A stretch of 64,000 nt of DNA from Methanomassiliicoccaceae archaeon (GTDB lineage Archaea > Thermoplasmatota > Thermoplasmata > Methanomassiliicoccales > Methanomassiliicoccaceae): the NCBI GenBank assembly GCA_040776945.1, contig JAXGZN010000001.1, forward strand, positions 992,001 through 1,056,000, read 5' to 3'. Both the position numbers and the translations under genes were made by a program. The number at the start of each line of letters is the position of its first letter. Position 1 is the first letter of the stretch. The notes beneath the pieces are model-generated. The model was not told the DNA's origin and did no database searches. It worked only from the letters and a program-made list of their open reading frames with translations. Below, piece by piece: positions 8,955-19,868 of this stretch.

Positions 8955-10490
8955 ATGCGCATGGGACGCCGTGCTAGGTTCAGGGGAGCCAAGGCCACAC
9001 CCAAGACGCTGGAGAAGGACCTGCTCGAGAGGTCTCGGATGCTGGCCCGGGACCCCCGGCTGCTCATGCCGCAGTGTACCAGGGAATGCAGGCGATGCGA
9101 CATCCGGAAGGCCATCAGCAAAATGGAGAAAGTGTCACAGGCAAGGTCCGACCCCAAAAAGCTGGAGCGGGCCATGAACTGGGGCGACCAGCTGGTCAGG
9201 GCCTACGCGGCAACGATCTCCCTGCACGAGGCCGGCAAGGTCCCATATCTGGCGGCCGCCAAGACCCCCATGGGAGAGGTCTCTTTCGCGGTCAGAGGCA
9301 AGGTAGAGAAGGACAAGCTCATCGGAGTGCAGCATTTCGATCATCCGGAGCTTAGGCTCCTGGCGCTCTGGGACATCGCCAGGAAACGAGGCCTTCATAT
9401 CTATTCGACGGACAAGTGCACGGTCTGCTCGCCTGACGGCCCCCGACCTCCTGAGGCGTACGTTGACGAGGCTATATCCCTTCTGCCGTACGACCTGGAC
9501 GATGCAGGGGACTGTCCTCATGTTAAGGACGGCCGAGGGATCAGGGTCCATTGGAAAGGTGCTGGGACCGTCATCAGGGTATGCCCTGCCTGCTCCGGCG
9601 AGCTGAACACCGTTCACGCCCTGGCCGGCCGCATCGCCGCGGAGGACCCAACCGATGACTTCGAGGTCGAGGCCATAAGCGACCTGAGGTGCGAGAGCGA
9701 ATGTGCCGGCTGCCGGGTCAAGGAGGCCTATGCTCTGTCCATGGACCTAGTGGCCAAGTACCTCAAGGCCGAGCTTAACGATGCTTCCCTGGTGGATGCG
9801 CATGCCAAGGCCAGGGTCGCGGCGATCAAGGAGAGGCAGGACGAGGCGTACATGATCGGCGGTACCTGCTATGGCAAAGACCGAGAGAGGTTCATGGCCG
9901 CCATCAGAGGCTCTGAGATCGAAAAGAGGGCGTTGTTCGCTCTGTTCGGGCAGAAACGGATGTGCGTGCTCTCCAGGACGGACCAGGCGGCGAACCTGAT
10001 CTCCGATCTATGGCCAGAGCACCGGGATGCCCTGCTCGCGGCGGTGGCCTCCCCGGACATTGTGAGGCGGGTGATCGCAGAGCGTTCTGAGCTGAGCCCG
10101 GCCCAGATGCTTGCGGAGGCCGCTCGCATGGAGTCATACCGCAGCATCGAGAGCGCCCTGCCGTCCTTTGTCAAGCTCGGACCGGTCGGCGCCTATGCCG
10201 ACCGAGTGGCCCGGACCGCCAAGACCGAGGGTAAGGAAGCGGCACTCCGTAACATCGAGAAGAGCAAAGGCGCCGATCACCGGCTCCGGTCGGTCGCATT
10301 CGGCCTCATATCTGCTCTGGGCGAAGGACAGGCCAAAGGCTGGCAGTTCACTCGCGAGGAGATGGACTACGGGGCTTATCTCGAGCCCTTCGCCCGCCGG
10401 TTGCTCGATTCTCAGGGCGAGGAGTACGCCGAGGCGCTTAAGCTGCTCTTGGAGGCGTCCGGTTCCAACGAGAGGGCCGAGCGGCCTTAA
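8955..10490 (+). CDS. Hypothetical Cys-rich protein
   Basis: 511-aa ORF with coding-like codon usage; CxxxCxxC, CxxC and CxxxCxxC clusters; no family recognised. Confidence 0.75.
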   Translation: MRMGRRARFRGAKATPKTLEKDLLERSRMLARDPRLLMPQCTRECRRCDIRKAISKMEKVSQARSDPKKLERAMNWGDQLVRAYAATISLHEAGKVPYLAAAKTPMGEVSFAVRGKVEKDKLIGVQHFDHPELRLLALWDIARKRGLHIYSTDKCTVCSPDGPRPPEAYVDEAISLLPYDLDDAGDCPHVKDGRGIRVHWKGAGTVIRVCPACSGELNTVHALAGRIAAEDPTDDFEVEAISDLRCESECAGCRVKEAYALSMDLVAKYLKAELNDASLVDAHAKARVAAIKERQDEAYMIGGTCYGKDRERFMAAIRGSEIEKRALFALFGQKRMCVLSRTDQAANLISDLWPEHRDALLAAVASPDIVRRVIAERSELSPAQMLAEAARMESYRSIESALPSFVKLGPVGAYADRVARTAKTEGKEAALRNIEKSKGADHRLRSVAFGLISALGEGQAKGWQFTREEMDYGAYLEPFARRLLDSQGEEYAEALKLLLEASGSNERAERP

Positions 10491-11515
10491 TCGAGGACGA
10501 GGACGTCGAGCACCATGTGGGAGACCCCTGGGGAATAGGACTTCACCTCACGCGAAAGGCGGACCTCGTAGCTTCGCCCGCCGGCCGCGGCATCGAGGTT
10601 CTCGAAGGCCTTCCGCGGAAAGACCTCCAGTGGAAACGTGTCTTGATAATGGACCGTGCCGTTCCTCTTTACCAGGCGGAACGCGTCCTTCAGGTGGCAG
10701 GAAGTGGTGCGCACATATCCCAAGACCACCCGGTCCGCGATGCCCTCCCCAGGCAAGTCCCGGTTATCGCCAAGCACCGGTTCAACGACATCATCCAGGC
10801 GGTTCAGGGCAATGTTCTCCCGCAAGTACCGGAAGGCCAACGGGTTGATCTCGCAGGCGATCACCCTGGAGGCCCGGGCATGACGGGCAAGAGGCAGCGT
10901 GAAGTAGCCGATGCCTGCGAACATGTCCACCACGGTCTCCCCACGGCAATCAAGGCCCGCCATGCGCATCTTCTCATCTATGTTCCCGGAGGAGAACATC
11001 AGCCTGGCAGCATCCAGTTTGTAAAAAATGCCGTTCTCCAGATGGACCGTTTCAGCATCATCGCCCAGCAACAGCTCCATGTCCGGAGTGCGATAGACGC
11101 CCCCTATGTGAGCTCGTTCCCTCAGCACCGTCCTTGCGCCCAATACCTCGGCGTAGGCCCGTGCTATCTCCTGATGATACGCTGAAACGCCTGCCGGGAG
11201 GCGCAGTATGAGGACATCACCAAGCATCTCCCAATGCCGGGGAAGCTCCGCCTTCACCGCCTCCGGCAGATCGGCGTTCTCCAGCACCAGATCGTAGGGA
11301 GGGCGGTAGCAGGTCTTCTCCATCGTCTCACCCTCGATGAGCTCGATCCCCAGATCCTCCACGAGCTCCGAGGGCAGGGAGGACCTTAGGGGAATGAGGA
11401 CGTGCTCATCGGTCCTCATGATCCGACGGTCCTTGGCGCCCAGCCTGTGCTTGAACAACATTTTGCGGACCGTCTCGGCCCGCTCCCGAGGCACCTTGGC
11501 GAGGAGCACGACCAT
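10487..11515 (-). CDS. Trm5/Taw2 (Met-10+) family tRNA modification transferase
   Basis: HLENGI, MFSSGN-EK, VVDMFAGIGYF, CEINP; 4-bp convergent overlap with the preceding ORF. Confidence 0.88.
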   Translation of the reverse strand: MVVLLAKVPRERAETVRKMLFKHRLGAKDRRIMRTDEHVLIPLRSSLPSELVEDLGIELIEGETMEKTCYRPPYDLVLENADLPEAVKAELPRHWEMLGDVLILRLPAGVSAYHQEIARAYAEVLGARTVLRERAHIGGVYRTPDMELLLGDDAETVHLENGIFYKLDAARLMFSSGNIDEKMRMAGLDCRGETVVDMFAGIGYFTLPLARHARASRVIACEINPLAFRYLRENIALNRLDDVVEPVLGDNRDLPGEGIADRVVLGYVRTTSCHLKDAFRLVKRNGTVHYQDTFPLEVFPRKAFENLDAAAGGRSYEVRLSREVKSYSPGVSHMVLDVLVLD

Positions 11516-11534
11516 ACAGCCAGGGGGCGCTATT

Positions 11535-12710
11535 TCACCTTTGCTCTCGTCTGATGAGGGTCCCGATCAGCTGGGGGGAGAACTTCACCAGGGTCGGGAC
11601 GGTCTTCAGCAGCGGAGAGGCCAGCTTTGATGGGAAATCAATGTCCCCGGTAGCGAGCACCTCTTTGGCATCGGGTCGGTCCAGCATCCGGCAGACATCG
11701 TCCATCTTCCTGTCCGTAAGGTTCGCGAAGACCTTGCGTATCAAGAGCCCTCGCTCTATCTCCTTGCCTACATCGGCCCGCCATTTCTCATCGTACCCTG
11801 AAAGGCGCTTCGCGCTGAGATCTTTGTCCTTCAGCGCATCGACCGCGGTCATCGCCCCCCATCGTGCGGCACGCAGGCCAGTGTACAAGCCCCCTCCCGA
11901 CAGCGGCTTGGTCTGGGCCGCGGAATCGCCTACCAGGAGGATGTTGTCACCGAAGGTCTTTTTCGGTGGCCCGATCGGAATGACCCCGGAGACCATCCTC
12001 AGTCGATCCGCACCGCCGAACCCCCGCTTCTTCAGAAAGGCCGTCAAATGTCCGCTTGGAGGGCCACCGGCCTGAGATACGCCCAGGCCGATCCTGGTGA
12101 AGTCTCCACACGGTATCACCCACGCGAAGAAGCCCGGAGCAATCCTCTGGCCTATGTGGACTTCGACCATGGAAGGGTCCTCCATCCTTACGTCAAGATC
12201 CACTTGGATGCCCCTTATCGACTCCTTAGCGGGGCCCAGCCCGGCGATCTTCCCCACTCTCGATTTATAGCCGTCCGCGCCTACCAGGAGGTCGGCCTCC
12301 AGGGTCAAGGGCCCTTCAGGCCCGCGGACCTTGACCGAGAGCCTCTTCCCCTCGCGCCCAAAGCCCAGGAACTCGTGGCCTTCGAGGATGTCCGCCCCTT
12401 CTCGGACCGCCCGCTCACAGCATTTGTGGTCGAACTTCCGCCGGTCGATCACCACTGCCTTGGTCTCCGTTGACCTCACTTCAAGCGCCTTCCCTCCAGG
12501 GGGAACCAGGCGCAGGCCGGTGATGGTGTTCACTACGGTATCCTGCGCATCGGCCATCTCCACCACGCGAGGATGTACGAGACCTGCGCACTGCACCGGA
12601 GAACCTATCTCCGCATGCTCTTCCACCACCACGGTGGTGAAGGTGGCCGTCTGTGCGGCGAAGGTGCATCCCACCGGGCCTCCACCAATTATCACGACCT
12701 CGGCGTCCAC
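11535..12710 (-). CDS. Geranylgeranyl reductase family flavoprotein
   Basis: IIGGGPVG, PVQCAG, GADG, PGFFAWVIP, LVGDSA-KPLSGGG. Confidence 0.9.
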   Translation of the reverse strand: MDAEVVIIGGGPVGCTFAAQTATFTTVVVEEHAEIGSPVQCAGLVHPRVVEMADAQDTVVNTITGLRLVPPGGKALEVRSTETKAVVIDRRKFDHKCCERAVREGADILEGHEFLGFGREGKRLSVKVRGPEGPLTLEADLLVGADGYKSRVGKIAGLGPAKESIRGIQVDLDVRMEDPSMVEVHIGQRIAPGFFAWVIPCGDFTRIGLGVSQAGGPPSGHLTAFLKKRGFGGADRLRMVSGVIPIGPPKKTFGDNILLVGDSAAQTKPLSGGGLYTGLRAARWGAMTAVDALKDKDLSAKRLSGYDEKWRADVGKEIERGLLIRKVFANLTDRKMDDVCRMLDRPDAKEVLATGDIDFPSKLASPLLKTVPTLVKFSPQLIGTLIRREQR

Positions 12711-12774
12711 GTACCTTACAATGCTGGTAACTTATAAAAATCCTCTTTGGAATAATGGGAAAAAAGTTTTGTCC

Positions 12775-13422
12775 CTACTTTTTCGAGACCTTCGCCCAGT
12801 CGTCCTGGAACCTCTTGATCCCGATGTCCGTGAGCGGATGGTTGAACATTTTCTTAAGTACGTCGTAAGGTACTGTGGCGATGTGGGCGCCCAGCCTTGC
12901 CGCCTCCACAACGTGCACGGGGTCACGGACCGAAGCGACTATCACCTCTGTGTCCAGGTCGTAGTTGTCCAGAACGTTCATTATCTCGGCGATGAGCTTC
13001 ATGCCGTCCTGCCCGACATCGTCCAGGCGGCCGACGAACGGCGATACGAAGCGCGCACCGGCCTTGGCCGCCAATAGGGCCTGGGCGGTGGAGAATATCA
13101 GCGTCATGTTGACCTTTATGTCCTCGGAAGCGAGGGCCTTGGTCGCCTTAAGCCCCTCCTCGGTCATGGGGACCTTGATGACGATGTTGGGATGTATCCT
13201 GGCAAGCTCGCGTCCCTCGGCTATCATGTCCGGCGCTCTCACGCTCATGACCTCGGCACTGATGGGGCCATCAACGATCTCGCAGATCTCCCTAACCAGG
13301 CTCTTAAGGTCAGTGTTCTCCTTGGCCACTAGGCTGGGATTGGTCGTAACGCCGTCCAGAATGCCCCAGCTGTTGACCTCCCTTATCCTGTCCAGATTTG
13401 CAGTGTCAATGAAGATCCTCAT
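12775..13422 (-). CDS. tal: Transaldolase (TalC/Fsa type)
   Basis: [32 protein letters not shown]. Confidence 0.93.
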   Translation of the reverse strand: MRIFIDTANLDRIREVNSWGILDGVTTNPSLVAKENTDLKSLVREICEIVDGPISAEVMSVRAPDMIAEGRELARIHPNIVIKVPMTEEGLKATKALASEDIKVNMTLIFSTAQALLAAKAGARFVSPFVGRLDDVGQDGMKLIAEIMNVLDNYDLDTEVIVASVRDPVHVVEAARLGAHIATVPYDVLKKMFNHPLTDIGIKRFQDDWAKVSKK

Positions 13423-14366
13423 GCTCTCTTCCTCCTGATGACCTCTTCTGCCGAGGCGACGATGTGCTCAGCGGTGAGCCCATAACGGCACATCAGATCA
13501 TTGCTCTCTCCAGACTCCCCAAAGCAGTCCGGGGTGCCCACCTTCATGAGAGGGACTGGATGGTTCTCCGAGAGCGCAGAGGCCACCGCGGACCCCAGTC
13601 CCGACCTCACGGAGTGCTCCTCCGCCGTGACCACGCATCCGGTCTTGCGCGCCGACCGTATCAGCGTGTCCTCGTCCAGCGGTTTCACCGTGGACATGTT
13701 CACCACCTCCGCCTCGATGCCTTTCTTCTTGAGTTCCTCGGCCGCGTCCATGCATACAGCGACCATCTGGCCGCAGCCCACCAAGGTGACGTCCGGACCT
13801 TCCTTGAGGACCGTGGCCTTGCCGATGGTGAACGGCGAGTCTACGGTCGTGACCATAGGCACGTCCGCCCGCCCCATCCGCACGTAACATGGTCCCGGGC
13901 GCTCCGCGGCCGCCTTTACCGCCTTGTACGCCTCGATGCCGTCCGAGGGCACGATCACGCACATGTTGGGTAGGATGGACATCAGGCCAATGTCCTCCAG
14001 GGCCTGGTGCGACGCCCCGTCCCCTCCGACGGTGATGCCGGCGTGGGTGGCCACGATCTTAACGTTGATGTTCGGATAGGCGATGGATTGCCTGACCTGG
14101 TCCCAGCACCGCCCGGTGGCGAACACCGCGAAGGTTGAGGCAAAGACGGTCTTGCCCGATACGGCGAGGCCGGCCGCGGTCCCCATGAGGTTCTGCTCGG
14201 CGATCCCCACGTTGAAGAACCGCTCCGGAAACTTCTTGGCGAACTCAACGGTCCTCGTCGACGAAGACAGATCGGCGTCCAGGACGACCACGTCGGTGCG
14301 GGCCATCCCGATCTCCACCAGAGCATTGGCGTACTCCTTCCGCTGGCTGGTATAGACCCACTTCAT
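13419..14366 (-). CDS. Transketolase C-terminal subunit
   Basis: [26 protein letters not shown]; 4-bp overlaps with both neighbours. Confidence 0.93.
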   Translation of the reverse strand: MKWVYTSQRKEYANALVEIGMARTDVVVLDADLSSSTRTVEFAKKFPERFFNVGIAEQNLMGTAAGLAVSGKTVFASTFAVFATGRCWDQVRQSIAYPNINVKIVATHAGITVGGDGASHQALEDIGLMSILPNMCVIVPSDGIEAYKAVKAAAERPGPCYVRMGRADVPMVTTVDSPFTIGKATVLKEGPDVTLVGCGQMVAVCMDAAEELKKKGIEAEVVNMSTVKPLDEDTLIRSARKTGCVVTAEEHSVRSGLGSAVASALSENHPVPLMKVGTPDCFGESGESNDLMCRYGLTAEHIVASAEEVIRRKRA

Positions 14367-15208
14367 ATGCTCTCTCCCAGTTCCTTGAGGGCGATGCGGT
14401 ACTCATCGGCATTGGGCGCCTTACCATGGAAGGCGATGGCGCCCTCCATGAACGACACGCCCTTGCCCTTGATGGTATGGGCGATGATCATGGTCGGTTT
14501 GCCGGTGACCCGAGTTGCCGCCTCGCAAGCGTCCAGGATCTGCCTTAGATCATGTCCGTTGATCTCTATGACGTTCCAGCCGAAAGCCCTCCATTTGTCG
14601 CCCAACGGCTCCAGGGACATTACCTGCTCAGTTGGCCCGTCTATCTGCATCTTGTTGCGGTCGATGAACGCGGTGATGTTGTCCAGTTTATAGTGGGAGG
14701 CGAGCATCGCGGCCTCCCAGTTCTGCCCCTCTTGGAGCTCTCCATCCCCCATCAGACAGAAAATGCGGGTCAGGCGGCGGTCCAACTTGGCTGCCAGCGC
14801 CATCCCGTTGGCCACGCTCAGCCCCTGTCCCAGCGATCCTGTAGATATCTCCACGCCAGGGGTCTTCATACGGCACGGGTGACCTTGGAGGTGCGACCCC
14901 AATTTGCGAAGGGACTGAAGGTCCTCCACCGGGAAGTACCCCGACTCGGCCAGAGCAGCGTAGTAGACCGGGGCGGCATGGCCCTTGGAGAGGACGAACT
15001 TATCGCGCCCTTCCCAGTTGGGCTCCGACGGACGGTGCTTCATGACCTTGAAGAACAAGGCGGTGACGACATCTGCGTACGAGAGCGAACCACCAGGATG
15101 ACCTGACTGGGCGGCAAAGGTCATTTTTATGATATGGCGCCGGAGCAGGTTCGCCTTTGTCTCCAGCATCTGAATCGTCTGCTCATCGTACAAGGTCAGT
15201 TCGGTCAC
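14363..15208 (-). CDS. Transketolase N-terminal subunit
   Basis: SGHPGGSLS, LSKGHA, STGSLGQG, GDGELQEG-WEA; probable GTG start at 15208. Confidence 0.93.
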   Translation of the reverse strand: MTELTLYDEQTIQMLETKANLLRRHIIKMTFAAQSGHPGGSLSYADVVTALFFKVMKHRPSEPNWEGRDKFVLSKGHAAPVYYAALAESGYFPVEDLQSLRKLGSHLQGHPCRMKTPGVEISTGSLGQGLSVANGMALAAKLDRRLTRIFCLMGDGELQEGQNWEAAMLASHYKLDNITAFIDRNKMQIDGPTEQVMSLEPLGDKWRAFGWNVIEINGHDLRQILDACEAATRVTGKPTMIIAHTIKGKGVSFMEGAIAFHGKAPNADEYRIALKELGESI

Positions 15209-15349
15209 CCCGGGCGGAGATGGACAATAATGGGTCCATGTTAAATAAGTTTTTATGAACTCCGAGGCGGGGCCAGACCCATCATCCGATGCTGATTCCA
15301 AGGTTAATGAGAATGGGAGGAAAGGAATTTTTAGAAAGGACCGAGGCGC

Positions 15350-16087
15350 TCAATCGCTCTCGATCCTCGGGGCGAGGAGATAGTCCACGCTTCCCTGCTT
15401 GTCCGCGATATCGAACTCCAGCTTCACCGGGAAGTCGGAACCGAGATTGATGGTCACTACCGAGCCGGCGGGGATCGATCGCACCATGTTGGAAAAATAG
15501 TCCAGCGGGAACAGGCTTTTTACCTTCTCGGAAACATCCAGGGATATCAGGAGGTCCTTTGGGAGCTTGAGGCTCACCGAGTCGGTGTCTCCCTCGGAGT
15601 ACATCTCGAAGCCTTCCGGGGACGCGTTGAGGGCGATGTGGTCGGAGACCGATTCAGCCGCTCTTATGCCCTTCTGCAGCTCATCGGAGGTCACCGTGAT
15701 CTTGGCCGGCAGATTGAGGTTCGGCACCTTCGGGTCGCTCATGCCCGCAGTGTCCACCAGGTTCATCCTCCTGGTGATGTTCCCGACATTGAGCACCAGG
15801 CGGTTCTTGGCCTCGTCCTGCTCCATCTCGATGATGTCGCCCGCACGCGAGAGGCGCAGCACCTCCTTGATCTTGTCAAGATCGATGCCCAGCTCCGTCT
15901 CGTCAGCAGAGAACTCCTCGAAGGCCGACCTCTGGACCTTGAGGTCGACCATCGCGACGTGTGCGGGATCGACCGCCTTTAGCTCCATACCGTCAGCATC
16001 GATGTTGAACTTGGCCTCGTCGACGAGGGTCGAGACCACGTCAACGACCCCCTTGAGCGTCTCGGACTTGATCTTGGCGTGAAACAT
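15350..16087 (-). CDS. pcn: DNA polymerase sliding clamp PCNA
   Basis: AVDPAHVAMV and C-terminal YLLAPRIE; GGAGGGAG upstream. Confidence 0.96.
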   Translation of the reverse strand: MFHAKIKSETLKGVVDVVSTLVDEAKFNIDADGMELKAVDPAHVAMVDLKVQRSAFEEFSADETELGIDLDKIKEVLRLSRAGDIIEMEQDEAKNRLVLNVGNITRRMNLVDTAGMSDPKVPNLNLPAKITVTSDELQKGIRAAESVSDHIALNASPEGFEMYSEGDTDSVSLKLPKDLLISLDVSEKVKSLFPLDYFSNMVRSIPAGSVVTINLGSDFPVKLEFDIADKQGSVDYLLAPRIESD

Positions 16088-16168
16088 GAACTCCCTCCAA
16101 ATAAGCTCCTAATGGTTTTTTTAGGTAAACATGTGGTCCATGATAAACCTTGCCTAGGGCGAGCTGGG

Positions 16169-16507
16169 TCAGTACTTGCGCCATTTGTGGCCGCACTTGC
16201 AGCAGGTCAGGAAGGTGGTCTCCGGCTCATCCGATTTCCTGGTCTGACGAAGGTACCAATATGCCTCGTTGTGGCCGCACTTGGGGCAGGGGACCGCGGT
16301 CTTAGGCATCACCCCTTCGATGGCATCGACCACCGGACAGTCCTCGACCTCGCTTCTCTTCATATCGATCTTGACCTTGGTGGCCCCACCTTCCTTCGTG
16401 AGGTCTTTGGCGTTTTGCTCAAAACCGCACTTGGAGCTTGGACATACGAACTCGGTCCTGCTGCCCTCTTTGGCCCTGAGCAGACCGCCACACTTGGGAC
16501 AGAACAT
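16169..16507 (-). CDS. tfs: Transcription factor S (TFS/RpoM family)
   Basis: MFCPKC zinc ribbon; CPKC...QTRKSDEPET-F-C..C. Confidence 0.93.
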   Translation of the reverse strand: MFCPKCGGLLRAKEGSRTEFVCPSSKCGFEQNAKDLTKEGGATKVKIDMKRSEVEDCPVVDAIEGVMPKTAVPCPKCGHNEAYWYLRQTRKSDEPETTFLTCCKCGHKWRKY

Positions 16508-16582
16508 CTTTTCCTCGCCTAGACTCGACAAAATATGCTTGTATAAAAGAGTTCGGGGTGCACCTAGCTGAGGACCGAACGT

Positions 16583-17509
16583 TCAAATGAACTCCCAATC
16601 TCTCTTCTCCCCACTAGGCCGCCGCTCTGGCCGCTCCTCCTCGATCATCCTGCGGGCCATCCTTCTCTCCACCCCTCTCTGCTCGCGAGCCATGCTCTGC
16701 GCCCTCTCCCGCAGCGCCTTGCGCTCCTTTGGAGCAATGGGCAGGAGGTCCTCCTCCTCTTCGTACAAGGCCCTCTTCGCCGATCGCATGGTCCTCGGCA
16801 TGCCGTCCGCACCGTCATGCTCCGCGTCGATGATCTGCAGGTCCTCGAAGCCCCGCCCCCTCCGCCGCCCAACGGGCTCGCGCTGGGCGGTGGTGAAGGT
16901 GTTGCCCTCGAGGACGACCGTGGTCCGGGTCCCCCTGCTCATCCTGGAGAGCAGCAGCATCTCGCGGTGGGTCTGCTGGGACAGCACCCCGCCGATGTAA
17001 GAGAAGGCCACCGTCGTAACGTAGCTGTCCAGCCCAAGGCTCGCCGTGGAGTGGAGCGAGGTGAAGAACGAGGTTAGGTACATGTTGACGAACGCCACAT
17101 ACGGCTCGATGATCGGCACATAGCCGGTTATGGCCACGACCACCGCCTCAGGGGTCAGGTCGACACCGAAGTAAACAGTGGGGATTATTCCAGCATTCAC
17201 CAGTGTGCTTATGGCAAAGATGAATATCACTGGGATCAGGGCGGCCATCATGCCTTTGAAAGGTGCTCCGGCGCGACGGCCTCCGACATAACCCGCGATC
17301 ATCTGGCCAAAGATGGGGAGCCACCAAAGGATGAGGGACAGCGTGAAAGTGTACTTGACCGCGCTCCAGAAGCTATAAACGATGGGGCCGTCGAACTTCC
17401 TGGCCTCCTCATCGTCATAAGTGTCCGCGAGGTGGTATACTCCATTGTGAACGAGCGAGCTAGTGGTCTCGTCCCGAATCCTGGACCCTTTACGTAAGAG
17501 CACTCCCAT
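16583..17509 (-). CDS. Hypothetical membrane protein with charged C-terminal tail
   Basis: Hydrophobic helices with LP-FG-IAGYVGG-AG motif; Glu/Arg-rich C-terminus; start uncertain. Confidence 0.75.
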   Translation of the reverse strand: MGVLLRKGSRIRDETTSSLVHNGVYHLADTYDDEEARKFDGPIVYSFWSAVKYTFTLSLILWWLPIFGQMIAGYVGGRRAGAPFKGMMAALIPVIFIFAISTLVNAGIIPTVYFGVDLTPEAVVVAITGYVPIIEPYVAFVNMYLTSFFTSLHSTASLGLDSYVTTVAFSYIGGVLSQQTHREMLLLSRMSRGTRTTVVLEGNTFTTAQREPVGRRRGRGFEDLQIIDAEHDGADGMPRTMRSAKRALYEEEEDLLPIAPKERKALRERAQSMAREQRGVERRMARRMIEEERPERRPSGEKRDWEFI

Positions 17510-17602
17510 CCCTGCAGTCGGACGGATGTCCGACGCTAGAGGCATCTCGCTGAGACTATAAATCACTACCGTATTATATTAGACGGAAAGAAAACGTCCC
17601 TT

Positions 17603-17962
17603 TCAGCGGGGAATGAAGTAGCGCATCCCATAAGCATCAAGGGCCCGCCTTGTGCTGTCCAAGGTCACTGCACCGTGCTGGGTACGATGGCGCATTATGT
17701 CTTCCAAGGGATAATCAAGGAATTCGGAGAACGCCTTCAATCGCTCAAGAGGGAAGGGCTGCTTTCCTATGAGGATCTGACGGATGCTCCATCCGGGATG
17801 GACCCTGGAGCGGTAGCCTAGGGCCCTGCCGAGCTGGTTAATGCTTCCGGCCTTCTCTATGCCATCCTTGATGAGCTTGACCCGGAAGGCCGAGGACAGC
17901 CAGACCCTATCTTCTTCGTAAGCCCTATGGCGCAGCATGCTCAGGTCGATATTCTCAGGCAC
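17603..17962 (-). CDS. Hypothetical HTH-like DNA-binding protein
   Basis: AGSINQLGRALGY...LKAFSEFLD resembles an XRE-type HTH; probable GTG start about 25 nt after a T-rich TATA-like element. Confidence 0.65.
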   Translation of the reverse strand: MPENIDLSMLRHRAYEEDRVWLSSAFRVKLIKDGIEKAGSINQLGRALGYRSRVHPGWSIRQILIGKQPFPLERLKAFSEFLDYPLEDIMRHRTQHGAVTLDSTRRALDAYGMRYFIPR

Positions 17963-18143
17963 AATCGCTCTCAAACCGCGGACATAAAAAAAACTTTCCT
18001 TCTTTCTTTGCATAGTTCCCGAACGCCCGGGCGTCCAGGCCAGTTGGCCCTATGGGTCTCTCGAAGGAGTCCTTAGGGCGGCCCCTTCCCATGGCATCAA
18101 TTTAATATACCCTTCTATGGCTAGCCCTGATGAAGAGAGAGCC

Positions 18144-18563
18144 ATGGGTAGCTTTAGGAAGGTTCTCACGCTGAGGACCTCTGCGGAAGGCGACATCCTC
18201 GACCTCACCGAGGAGCTCGTCAGTGCGGTGAGGGAATCAGGGTTCAAGGAAGGCCTTGCCTGCGTCTTCGTCGGCCATTCCACCGCCGCGCTGTTCACCA
18301 TTGAGAACGAGGAAGGTCTCCGCAGGGACATGAGGGATGCGCTGGAGCGCTCCTTTCCAAAGGATATCGAGTACGAGCATCACCTGCGGTGGGGGGACGG
18401 GAACGGCCACTCCCACATACGGTCCGCTTTCCTCGGTACATCTCTGACGGTCCCTTTCCACGAGGGAAGACCGGATCTGGGCACCTGGCAACAGGTGGTG
18501 CTCATGGAACTGGATAACCGTGGAAGGGATAGAATGATCATTATGCAAATAATCGGAGAATGA
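18144..18563 (+). CDS. yjbQ: YjbQ/UPF0047 family protein
   Basis: HSTAA-IENE, NGHSHIRS, LGTWQQV-MELD. Confidence 0.92.
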   Translation: MGSFRKVLTLRTSAEGDILDLTEELVSAVRESGFKEGLACVFVGHSTAALFTIENEEGLRRDMRDALERSFPKDIEYEHHLRWGDGNGHSHIRSAFLGTSLTVPFHEGRPDLGTWQQVVLMELDNRGRDRMIIMQIIGE

Positions 18564-18578
18564 AAAGGAGGTATCAAA

Positions 18579-19829
18579 ATGAAGATCAAGTTCCTAGGTG
18601 GCGCCGACGTCGTCGGCCGCATGGGCATGCTCGTCCACAATAAAGGGGCCACCCTTCTGTTCGAGTACGGCATGACCGCGTCAAAGCCCCCATCTTATCC
18701 ATTGGCCGCGCCCCCCGTGGACATGGCCTTCCTGACCCACAGTCACCTGGACCACTGCGGCATGATGCCCTGGCTATGTGGCAAGTACGACACTGAGGTA
18801 GTGGCGACGCCCATCACGGTGGATGTGGCAGAGCTTCTGGTGCGCGATTCCCTGAAGATCGCTGACATCGAAGGATATCCAAAACCGTACGACGACGTTG
18901 ACATCAAGGCCATGATGCGCAACTTCACCCCCATGACCTATGGGGAGATCATGGACGTCGGGGGCTTCGAGGTCTCGCTGCACCCCGCCGGCCATCTGCC
19001 CGGAGCGGCGATGTACGAGCTCAAGGGGGAACAGACCACGGTGTTCACCGGGGACATGCACACCTACAACATGCGGCTGGTATGGGGGGCCCATCCTGTC
19101 AAGTGCGATAACCTGATAATCGAAGGCACCTACTCCGGACGCCTTCACCCTGACCGCCTGAAGACCGAGCATGAGCTCATCGAGAAGGTGAAAGAGGTGG
19201 TAGAGCGGGGCGGAAGGGCGATCCTGCCCTGCTTCGCCGTTGGGAGGACCCAGGAGCTGATGCTCATCCTGAAGGACCTTAAGTACAATATGTGGGTAGA
19301 CGGGATGGGGAAGACCATAAGCCGGATGTACTTGGACCGCCCGGAGTACATCCGCAACGTGAAGGCACTCAAGGCCGCGAAGCGCAAGTTCAACGAGGTC
19401 CGCACCCCTCAGGACCGCTACAGGGCGCGCCGAGAGGCCCAGGTCATCGTCACCACCGGAGGGATGCTGGACGGAGGTCCGGTATTGAGCTATATCGACG
19501 ATGTGAAGAACGACAGCAAGAGCGCGGTGCTGCTCAGCGGCTTCCAGGTGGAGGGCTCCAACGGGAACATGCTGCTGAACGAGGGCGTGATTAACGTTCA
19601 AGCCAGCAAGGAGGAGATACCCCATCCGGTGCGAATCAAGTGCGAGGTCAAGAAGTTCGATCTCAGCGCCCATGCGGACCATGCGGAGCTGCTCGCGTTC
19701 GTCAGGGCCTGCAAGCCGGAAAAGGTCGTGATCATGCACTCCGATGACCGTGAGCCGTTGGCCAGGGACATCGAGCAGGACGGGATCAAGGTCCTGCTGC
19801 CCAAGACGGACGAGGAGATCGAGATCTGA
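18579..19829 (+). CDS. Metallo-beta-lactamase/beta-CASP ribonuclease
   Basis: THSHLDHCG, AGHLPG, TGD, EGTY, FAVGRTQE, SAHAD; AGGAGGT upstream. Confidence 0.92.
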   Translation: MKIKFLGGADVVGRMGMLVHNKGATLLFEYGMTASKPPSYPLAAPPVDMAFLTHSHLDHCGMMPWLCGKYDTEVVATPITVDVAELLVRDSLKIADIEGYPKPYDDVDIKAMMRNFTPMTYGEIMDVGGFEVSLHPAGHLPGAAMYELKGEQTTVFTGDMHTYNMRLVWGAHPVKCDNLIIEGTYSGRLHPDRLKTEHELIEKVKEVVERGGRAILPCFAVGRTQELMLILKDLKYNMWVDGMGKTISRMYLDRPEYIRNVKALKAAKRKFNEVRTPQDRYRARREAQVIVTTGGMLDGGPVLSYIDDVKNDSKSAVLLSGFQVEGSNGNMLLNEGVINVQASKEEIPHPVRIKCEVKKFDLSAHADHAELLAFVRACKPEKVVIMHSDDREPLARDIEQDGIKVLLPKTDEEIEI

Positions 19830-19868
19830 CGATAAAGGTTCATTAACCCGTCGCCTGATTCCTGGGCC

